This document shows, piece by piece, positions 26,404 through 32,000 of a DNA stretch of 32,000 nucleotides. This DNA comes from Synechococcus sp. A15-28 (GTDB taxonomy: Bacteria; Cyanobacteriota; Cyanobacteriia; PCC-6307; Cyanobiaceae), in contig NZ_CP047931.1 in NCBI RefSeq assembly GCF_014280175.1, positions 1,290,001-1,322,000 of the forward strand. Direction: 5' to 3'. The translations under genes were made by a program, and so were the position numbers. The notes beneath the pieces are model-generated. The model ran no database searches. It was given only the letters and a program-made list of their open reading frames with translations, and was not told where the DNA came from. Each line of letters starts with the position of its first letter. Within the stretch, counting starts at the first letter, position 1.

Positions 26404-27419
26404 CGCGGATCCTGATCACCGGCGCCAGCGGCTGCGTCGGTCAATACATCTGCCAATGGCTGCTGCAGCACTCCGATGCGGAGTTGCTGCTCTGGTTACG
26501 GGATCCGTCCAAACTCACGGCGGTTCCTGCAGACCATCCCCGGATCCAGCTGTTGGTGGGTGACCTGCGGGACACCGACCGCTTTGTGGCGGAACTGGCA
26601 ACGGTGAACCGGGTGATTCATACCGCGACCGCCTGGGGAGATCCAGACCGGGCGGAGCAGGTGAATGTGGTAGCGGTGAAGCGACTGTTGCAACTGCTCA
26701 ATCCCCTGGTGGTGGAGCAGATCATCTACTTCTCAACCGCCAGCATCCTGGATCGTGACCTGAGGCCATTGCCGGAGGCTCTGGCCTACGGCACCGAATA
26801 CATCCAAACCAAAGCACGCTGCCTGGAACAGCTTGAGCAGCATCCACTGGCCGCCAAGATCATTGCGGTTTTCCCAACCCTGGTGTTCGGTGGGCGTGTC
26901 GACGGCACCAGCCCTTTCCCCACGAGCTATCTCACCGAGGGCCTGGCGGAAGCGAGTCGTTGGCTCTGGTTGGCGCGCTGGCTTCGGGCCGATGCCAGCT
27001 TCCACTTCATCCATGCGGAGGACATTGCCCGGATCTGCGGTCAGTTCGTCACACGCCCCCATGAGCCGAACCGTGAGCCAGGCCAGGGGGCCCTGCGACG
27101 GGTGGTGATGGGGCAGCAGTCGATCAGCGTCGACGACGCCGTGGCAACACTCTGTCGTTGGCGCGGTGTGGCCAGAACTCCTGGGATCCCGCTGTGGCCC
27201 TGGCTGATCGAAACCCTGATCAGGATCCTCCCGATCGAGGTGAATGCCTGGGACCGATTCAGCATCCGCCAACGCCATTTCATCCATGAACCGGTCAGCG
27301 CCCCCGAGCGTTTCAACGGGGACAGTCATGCCCCGACCTTGGAAACAGTTCTTAGCGATTCCGGCCTACCCAACCGCGGCAGCCCCAGAACCCAGCGTAA
27401 AGTCACATCAACGACCTAA
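26400..27419 (+). CDS. NAD(P)-dependent epimerase/dehydratase-family (extended SDR) protein
   Basis: The TTG start overlaps the hemE stop (TTGA). Rossmann motif [12 protein letters not shown] sits at the extreme N-terminus, and YxxxK is present (YIQTK). Substrate unknown. Confidence 0.8.
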   Translation: MTRILITGASGCVGQYICQWLLQHSDAELLLWLRDPSKLTAVPADHPRIQLLVGDLRDTDRFVAELATVNRVIHTATAWGDPDRAEQVNVVAVKRLLQLLNPLVVEQIIYFSTASILDRDLRPLPEALAYGTEYIQTKARCLEQLEQHPLAAKIIAVFPTLVFGGRVDGTSPFPTSYLTEGLAEASRWLWLARWLRADASFHFIHAEDIARICGQFVTRPHEPNREPGQGALRRVVMGQQSISVDDAVATLCRWRGVARTPGIPLWPWLIETLIRILPIEVNAWDRFSIRQRHFIHEPVSAPERFNGDSHAPTLETVLSDSGLPNRGSPRTQRKVTSTT

Positions 27420-27426
27420 TTCACTC

Positions 27427-27786
27427 ATGCGGTCCGTCCTTCGCACCTTTGCAGCTGCCTGCTGCGCCCTCCTGATCCTGATCGGCCTGAACGTCGGTAC
27501 TGCCCAGGCTGCCACCGTTGAAGTCAAACTCGGCACCGACGCCGGCATGCTGGCCTTCGAGCCCTCCACCGTGACGATCAAGTCCGGTGACACCGTCAAG
27601 TTCATTAACAACAAGCTGGCCCCCCACAACGCTGTGTTCGAGGGTCACGACGAGTACAGCCACGGCGACCTGGCCTTCAACCCTGGCGAAGCCTGGGAAG
27701 AGACCTTCACCGAAGCTGGCACCTTTGACTATTACTGCGAGCCCCACCGCGGTGCTGGCATGGTCGGCAAAGTGATCGTCGAGTGA
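27427..27786 (+). CDS. petE: Plastocyanin
   Basis: 119 aa from ATG 27427; the upstream part of track ORF 27244-27786 overlaps the SDR gene. Signal peptide ...LNVGTAQA/ATVEVKLG. Type-1 copper ligands are present in PHNAVF and YYCEPHRGAGMVGK. Confidence 0.95.
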   Translation: MRSVLRTFAAACCALLILIGLNVGTAQAATVEVKLGTDAGMLAFEPSTVTIKSGDTVKFINNKLAPHNAVFEGHDEYSHGDLAFNPGEAWEETFTEAGTFDYYCEPHRGAGMVGKVIVE

Positions 27787-27826
27787 TCAGCTGACCACTG
27801 TTCAACCTTGAGGGTTGAGTGTTGTT

Positions 27827-27870
27827 GAACCCCGGATCGTGTTTCAAACATGGTTCGGGGTTCTTTCATT
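27827..27870 (+). terminator. Rho-independent terminator after petE
   Basis: GAACCCCG (27827-27834) pairs with CGGGGTTC (27856-27863). The stem extends by 4 more pairs including G-U and is followed by TTTCATT. A smaller hairpin, TCAACC-ttgag-GGTTGA (27802-27818), precedes it. Confidence 0.6.
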
Positions 27871-27887
27871 CCACGGATGTGATCGAT

Positions 27888-27910
27888 AGCTTGGAACAAC
27901 CAACCAAGCT
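27888..27910. promoter_or_regulatory. 7-9-7 inverted repeat AGCTTGG-N9-CCAAGCT ending 5 nt before the petJ GTG start
   Basis: Read directly. It overlaps a weak promoter-like pair, TTCATT (27865-27870)-N16-TAGCTT (27887-27892). It could be an operator or a 5'-UTR hairpin; the function is inferred only. Confidence 0.3.
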
Positions 27911-27915
27911 TCAAG

Positions 27916-28269
27916 GTGAGATTCGCCGGTCTGTTACTGCTGTTGCTTGCCTTGATCGGGCCGGTGCTGCTTCCCACTCCAGCTCAGGCGCTCGATAGCG
28001 CCTCCTTCGAGCAGGGGGAGCAGATCTTCAGCAGCAACTGTGCGGCCTGCCACATGGGTGGTGGCAATGTGATCCGGGCCAATCGCAGCCTGAAGATCCG
28101 TGATCTCAATGCCCATCTCGAGGAGTATCAGCAGGATCCTCTCGAGGCGATTGAGCACCAGATCGAAGCTGGTAAGAACGCCATGCCGTCCTACGAGGGC
28201 AAACTCAGCGAAGCCGAAATCATCGCCGTGGCCACCTACGTGGAACAGCAGGCCGAACTGGGCTGGTGA
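27916..28269 (+). CDS. petJ: Cytochrome c6 (c553) family protein
   Basis: GTG start. Signal peptide MRFAGLLLLLLALIGPVLLPTPAQA/LD. Haem motif NCAACHMGGGN, axial Met in GKNAMPSY, and C-terminal AAYV-type helix ...VATYVEQQAELGW. I cannot tell by eye whether it is canonical c6 or a c6-like (c6B/c6C) paralogue. Confidence 0.85.
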   Translation: MRFAGLLLLLLALIGPVLLPTPAQALDSASFEQGEQIFSSNCAACHMGGGNVIRANRSLKIRDLNAHLEEYQQDPLEAIEHQIEAGKNAMPSYEGKLSEAEIIAVATYVEQQAELGW

Positions 28270-28273
28270 AGTG

Positions 28274-28501
28274 ATGAGCCGCGAAGCTCTCGGGGATTTT
28301 CTGCGGGCGATCGAGCGTCATCGGCCGCTGCGACGCGAGGCATCAGCCTGTCGCAACGAAGCTGAATTGATGGCTCTGGCCCACAGCCTCGGCTTTTCCA
28401 TCACCGAACAAGATCTGTCCCAGGATCATCAGGACACCAGCATGGGCCACTGGTTCGCAACCAGCCGGATCCGTCGCTCATTTCATTCACCATCTCCCTG
28501 A
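28274..28501 (+). CDS. Nif11-domain small protein (75 aa)
   Basis: ATG 28274 lies 4 nt after the petJ stop. MSREALGDFLRAIERHRPLRREASACRNEAELMALAHSLGFSITEQDL matches the Nif11 pattern (MSxExLxxFLxxV...L...A...GFxITxxDL). The C-terminal tail is basic/aromatic (HWFATSRIRRSFHSPSP) with no GG/GA cleavage motif. Confidence 0.7.
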   Translation: MSREALGDFLRAIERHRPLRREASACRNEAELMALAHSLGFSITEQDLSQDHQDTSMGHWFATSRIRRSFHSPSP

Positions 28502-28899
28502 TGGCCGTTGTCATCCTGCTCAGTGATTTCTTGGACGGCACGAGCATGGCTCTTGCCGAAGAAACCGATGCGCCTGACCTGAATGCATTCATGACGGCCA
28601 ATCAGGGCCAGCTGTGGGCCAGTGTTCTGCACCGACGCCAGCAGAAACAGCTCACGGCGGTGAGGCGAGGGCCTGGAACCATCTATTTCGCAAGGGATAC
28701 AGCTGCAGCCGCAGCGGTGGAGGCTTATCTCAGCTGCGACACGGGGTCAGCGGCAGAGCAGGCGGCCCATACCGCCATGCGGAATGCCGGCGTTGAAATC
28801 GCTCCCCATGTTGGGACCGACGACGAGCGCCAGACGTTGCTTGATGGCCAGCTGCGGGGATTGACACCTCAGGCAAGGGCGCAGGGGTTTGGCGAATGA
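28501..28899 (+). CDS. Hypothetical protein (132 aa), no recognisable domain
   Basis: The ATG overlaps the previous stop (TGATG, 28499-28503). An alternative ATG is at 28546. The protein is Ala-rich and soluble. The coding call rests on coupling at both ends. Confidence 0.5.
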   Translation: MAVVILLSDFLDGTSMALAEETDAPDLNAFMTANQGQLWASVLHRRQQKQLTAVRRGPGTIYFARDTAAAAAVEAYLSCDTGSAAEQAAHTAMRNAGVEIAPHVGTDDERQTLLDGQLRGLTPQARAQGFGE

Positions 28900-29171
28900 G
28901 CATTGCCGAGAACTCCCTGGGCCTCAGCACTGTTGCTGACTTGATCGACTGGACGACGTCCTACCTCCACTTCAAACATGTGCTGGAGCAGGTCCCCCTT
29001 CAACCAGAGGAAGCTCAGAACTATCTGGAGGCCTTCACCCCTTTTCGGGAACGATTCGCAAAGGAGATGAACAAACAGGCCATCCTCGAGGCTCGATTGC
29101 CGAAGGAAATGCGCGACAAGATTGCGGCAGACAAGCCAAATCTGGTGCGGATCCGCGAGCTACTGGGCTGA
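28896..29171 (+). CDS. Hypothetical protein (91 aa), no recognisable domain
   Basis: ATGA overlap with the previous gene (28896-28899). Composition is helical and charged, which is unusual for a GC-driven artefact (Lys/Glu/Phe/Tyr/Asn-rich: ...YLHFKHVLEQ...FRERFAKEMNKQAILEARLPKEMRDKIAADKPNL). Confidence 0.55.
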   Translation: MSIAENSLGLSTVADLIDWTTSYLHFKHVLEQVPLQPEEAQNYLEAFTPFRERFAKEMNKQAILEARLPKEMRDKIAADKPNLVRIRELLG

Positions 29172-29360
29172 TCGCGCGGCCGACAGCACGGCCAGGTAGA
29201 GGTCTTCGTCGATCTCGCGGATGTCGTATTCGCTGGGCTTCATGCCGTGATGGTGTTCATGCACCACCATCCAGCAGCTGCGCTCCAGCTCTCCACCAGC
29301 GCTGGCCGACAGCTCCAGGCCTTTCTCCACCAGGGTTTGCACGAGCTGCGGATCAGACAT
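29160..29360 (-). CDS. Mini-protein (66 aa) with Cys/Met/His cluster
   Basis: ATG (CAT 29358-29360) and stop TAG (29160-29162), overlapping the convergent gene by 12 nt. The sequence MSDPQLVQTLVEKGLELS...SCWMVVHEHHHGMKPSEYDIREIDEDLYL has non-artefactual composition. No family recognised. Confidence 0.5.
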   Translation of the reverse strand: MSDPQLVQTLVEKGLELSASAGGELERSCWMVVHEHHHGMKPSEYDIREIDEDLYLAVLSAARSAQ

Positions 29361-29402
29361 ACCGGATCAAAGATTCGGCGGACTCTAAAAAGCCGATCCG
29401 GT
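29361..29402. promoter_or_regulatory. 8-bp inverted repeat ACCGGATC-N26-GATCCGGT abutting the mini-protein start codon, in the clpB divergent region
   Basis: Read directly. On the minus-strand mRNA the 3' arm ends immediately before AUG. Function inferred only. Confidence 0.3.
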
Positions 29403-29504
29403 TTGCCGCCCCATGGCGCGTGCTCCCAACCGAAGGATTCGGGTTCCCCCCTCCGGCCTTGGAGCCATCGCCATACGGTGACTTCAGTTTGAACCGCATC
29501 ACCG

Positions 29505-32000
29505 ATGCAACCCACGGCGGAACAGTTCACCGAACAGGCCTGGGCCGCCATCGTCGTGGCTCAGCAACTCGCCCAAGCCTCCAGGCATCAGCAGCTGGAA
29601 ACGGAGCATCTGCTGCTGGCGCTGCTTCGCCAGAACGGCCTGGCCGGGCGAATCCTCAACAGATCTGGGGTCGACACCACCAACTTCGAGGCCAGTGTTG
29701 ACGGCCATCTTCAACGACTGCCCAGCCTTGGATCCGCACCGGAATCGGTGTTTCTCGGCCGATCCCTGAACAAGGCCCTCGACCAGGCCGAACAGCAGCG
29801 GGATCGATTCGGCGACAGCTACATCGCCATTGAGCATCTGCTGCTGGCCCTGGCGGAGGATGATCGCTGCGGCCGGCAACTGTTCAGTCAGGCCGGGGTG
29901 ACCACCAAAACGCTCAACGAGGCCATCACAGCGGTGCGCGGCAACCAGACGGTGACAGACCAGAACCCAGAGGGCACCTACGAATCCCTCGAGAAATATG
30001 GCCGTGATCTCACCGCAGCAGCCCGTGACGGTCAGTTGGACCCGGTGATCGGTCGGGATGAAGAAATCCGCCGCACCATCCAGATTCTCAGCCGCCGCAC
30101 CAAGAACAACCCCGTTCTGATCGGAGAACCCGGTGTCGGCAAAACTGCGATCGTGGAAGGGCTGGCGCAGCGCATCGTCAACGGCGACGTTCCCCAGGCT
30201 CTGCAGAACCGACAGCTGATTGCCCTGGATATGGGCGCACTGATCGCCGGGGCCAAATACCGCGGTGAATTCGAGGAACGACTCAAAGCGGTGCTGAAGG
30301 AGGTCACCTCCTCCGATGGACAGATTGTGCTGTTCATCGATGAGATCCACACCGTGGTGGGTGCTGGCGCCAGCGGTGGCGCCATGGATGCCAGCAATCT
30401 GCTCAAACCGATGCTGGCCCGGGGTGAACTGCGCTGCATCGGCGCCACCACCCTCGATGAACACCGGCAGCACATCGAAAAAGACCCTGCCCTGGAGCGC
30501 CGCTTCCAGCAGGTGCTGGTGGATCAGCCCACGGTGGTGGACACGATTTCAATCCTGCGGGGCCTGAAGGAGCGCTATGAGGTGCACCACGGCGTGCGCA
30601 TCGCTGACAGTGCCCTAGTGGCCGCCGCCATGCTCAGCAGCCGCTACATCACCGATCGCTTCCTGCCGGATAAGGCCATCGATCTGGTGGATGAATCTGC
30701 CGCGCGGCTGAAAATGGAGATCACCTCCAAACCGGAACAGATCGACGAGATCGATCGCAAGATTCTGCAGCTGGAGATGGAAAAGCTTTCCCTTGGCCGC
30801 GAGTCCGACAGTGCCAGCCAGGAGCGGTTGCAACGGATCGAACGGGAGCTGGCGGAGCTCGGGGAGCAGCAGAGCAGCCTCAATGCCCAGTGGCAGCAGG
30901 AGAAAGGAGCCATCGATGAGCTGTCATCTCTGAAAGAGGAGATCGAACGGGTGCAACTCCAGGTGGAGCAGGCCAAACGCAACTACGACCTCAACAAGGC
31001 GGCTGAACTCGAATACGGCACCCTGGCCACGCTGCAGCGGCAACTGCAGGACAAGGAAAGCCAGTTGGAACACGAGGACGGGACAGACAAAACCCTGTTG
31101 CGGGAGGAGGTCACCGAGGACGACATCGCCGAGGTGATCGCCAAGTGGACCGGCATCCCCGTGGCCCGTCTTGTGCAGAGCGAGATGGAGAAACTGCTGC
31201 AGCTGGAGGACGACCTGCACCGACGGGTGATCGGCCAGAACCAGGCGGTCACCGCTGTGGCCGATGCCATCCAGCGCTCTCGGGCTGGCCTCAGTGATCC
31301 CAATCGACCAATCGCCAGCTTTCTGTTCCTTGGCCCGACGGGTGTGGGCAAGACCGAACTGTCCAAAGCGCTGGCCAGTCGCCTCTTCGACAGCGACGAC
31401 GCCATGGTGCGCATCGACATGTCGGAATACATGGAGAAACACACCGTCAGCCGACTGATCGGAGCCCCTCCGGGCTACGTGGGTTATGAGGCCGGCGGCC
31501 AGCTCACCGAAGCCGTGCGTCGACGGCCCTACGCCGTGATTCTGTTCGACGAGGTGGAAAAAGCCCACCCCGATGTGTTCAACGTGATGCTCCAGATCCT
31601 CGATGACGGCCGCGTCACCGACGGCCAGGGACGCACCGTGGATTTCACGAATACGGTGCTAATTCTTACCAGCAACATTGGCAGCCAGTCGATCCTGGAG
31701 CTCGCCGGTGATCCCGATCGGCATGGGGAGATGGAGCAACGCGTCAATGAAGCGCTCAAGGCCAAATTCCGTCCGGAATTTCTCAACAGACTCGACGATC
31801 AGATCATCTTCCGCAGCCTTGAGAAAGAGGAATTGCGCCGAATCGTGTCACTCCAGGTGGAGCGTCTGAGCGGGCGACTGGAACAACGCAAGTTGGAGCT
31901 TCGACTCAGCGAGGCCGCTGCCGACTGGCTGGCCACCATCGGTTTTGATCCTGTGTATGGAGCAAGACCCTTGAAGCGAGCCATCCAGCGTGAACTGGAA
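29505..32000 (+). CDS. clpB: Chaperone ClpB (Hsp104-type disaggregase), 3' end outside window
   Basis: Hand translation from ATG 29505 gives [41 protein letters not shown].... Also present: [27 protein letters not shown], Walker A sites GEPGVGKT (about 30123) and GPTGVGKT (about 31335), and a long coiled-coil M-domain (about 30700-31100). It ends ...[11 protein letters not shown] at nt 32000. There are 832 codons with no stop, so it is absent from the supplied ORF track. Confidence 0.93.
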   Translation, partial: MQPTAEQFTEQAWAAIVVAQQLAQASRHQQLETEHLLLALLRQNGLAGRILNRSGVDTTNFEASVDGHLQRLPSLGSAPESVFLGRSLNKALDQAEQQRDRFGDSYIAIEHLLLALAEDDRCGRQLFSQAGVTTKTLNEAITAVRGNQTVTDQNPEGTYESLEKYGRDLTAAARDGQLDPVIGRDEEIRRTIQILSRRTKNNPVLIGEPGVGKTAIVEGLAQRIVNGDVPQALQNRQLIALDMGALIAGAKYRGEFEERLKAVLKEVTSSDGQIVLFIDEIHTVVGAGASGGAMDASNLLKPMLARGELRCIGATTLDEHRQHIEKDPALERRFQQVLVDQPTVVDTISILRGLKERYEVHHGVRIADSALVAAAMLSSRYITDRFLPDKAIDLVDESAARLKMEITSKPEQIDEIDRKILQLEMEKLSLGRESDSASQERLQRIERELAELGEQQSSLNAQWQQEKGAIDELSSLKEEIERVQLQVEQAKRNYDLNKAAELEYGTLATLQRQLQDKESQLEHEDGTDKTLLREEVTEDDIAEVIAKWTGIPVARLVQSEMEKLLQLEDDLHRRVIGQNQAVTAVADAIQRSRAGLSDPNRPIASFLFLGPTGVGKTELSKALASRLFDSDDAMVRIDMSEYMEKHTVSRLIGAPPGYVGYEAGGQLTEAVRRRPYAVILFDEVEKAHPDVFNVMLQILDDGRVTDGQGRTVDFTNTVLILTSNIGSQSILELAGDPDRHGEMEQRVNEALKAKFRPEFLNRLDDQIIFRSLEKEELRRIVSLQVERLSGRLEQRKLELRLSEAAADWLATIGFDPVYGARPLKRAIQRELE

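Noticed and set aside
27244-27426. Upstream extensions of track ORFs for petE (27244), the secreted mini-protein (20080), the Nif11 protein (28100), the ROK kinase (14946) and the 108-aa gene (3871)
   Set aside because: Each extension overlaps a well-supported neighbouring gene in another frame. An internal ATG gives a canonical N-terminus (signal peptide, Nif11 MSxE start, or GIDLGGT motif near the N-terminus).
28274-28501. Nif11-domain ORF as a RiPP (prochlorosin/lanthipeptide-type) precursor
   Set aside because: There is no GG/GA leader cleavage motif and no Cys/Ser/Thr-rich core peptide (the tail is HWFATSRIRRSFHSPSP). No LanM-type synthetase, radical SAM enzyme or C39-peptidase ABC exporter is present anywhere in the window.
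29499-31568. Minus-strand ORFs 29499-30473 (324 aa), 30032-30475, 30924-31568 and 30983-31444
   Set aside because: All lie antisense to the clpB frame that the track omitted. None has a recognisable motif.
1-32000. Search for tRNA, rRNA, CRISPR arrays, IS elements, HIP1 (GCGATCGC) enrichment and long tandem or dispersed repeats
   Set aside because: I found no T-loop-like GGTTCGAATCC-type sequences in spacers and no regularly spaced direct repeats. I found no transposase- or integrase-like ORFs and no exact GCGATCGC on visual scanning. The only tandem repeats are the in-frame low-complexity repeats in the RGG protein gene. A visual scan can miss short or degenerate elements.

Overview
GC-rich (about 60 percent by eye, not computed) chromosomal segment. 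Its gene content (petE, petJ, ndhD, hemE, glgB, a Ycf51-like gene and several cyanobacteria-type small ORFs) points to a marine picocyanobacterium of the Synechococcus/Cyanobium type. I call 32 protein-coding genes, two of them cut by the window edges. They are packed with very short spacers and many 1-12 nt overlaps. I see no rRNA, tRNA, CRISPR array, transposase, integrase or phage block. Gene order: CDF transporter (3' end), hypothetical, RGG-rich protein, trpS, GH104 lytic transglycosylase, then a convergent small hypothetical. Next come thrS, a small hypothetical, glk, thrB, ndhD and an M3 oligopeptidase. A convergent 7.6 kb minus-strand string follows (TamB-like giant, ROK kinase, proA, folB, lipase-like hydrolase). 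Then, on the plus strand: Ycf51-like, DUF4332-like, secreted mini-protein, CocE/NonD hydrolase, secreted tandem-domain protein, glgB, hemE, SDR, petE, a terminator, petJ, Nif11-domain protein and two orphan ORFs. A convergent His-rich mini-protein and clpB close the window. clpB runs off the 3' edge and is NOT in the supplied ORF track because it has no stop codon in the window. This is core housekeeping territory, not an accessory island, and I find no recognisable defence, toxin-antitoxin, secretion or biosynthetic system. The best candidates for uncharacterised biology are: (1) the cytochrome c6 gene translationally coupled to a Nif11-domain protein and two orphan small proteins, with a convergent Cys/Met/His-cluster mini-protein next to petE; (2) an RGG/RDGGG/PEPEP low-complexity protein with a ribbon-helix-helix-like core upstream of trpS; (3) an overlapping three-gene module built around a CocE/NonD hydrolase. 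All three are inferences from sequence patterns and need database and experimental checks. Most long track ORFs lying antisense to the called genes are GC-driven artefacts.
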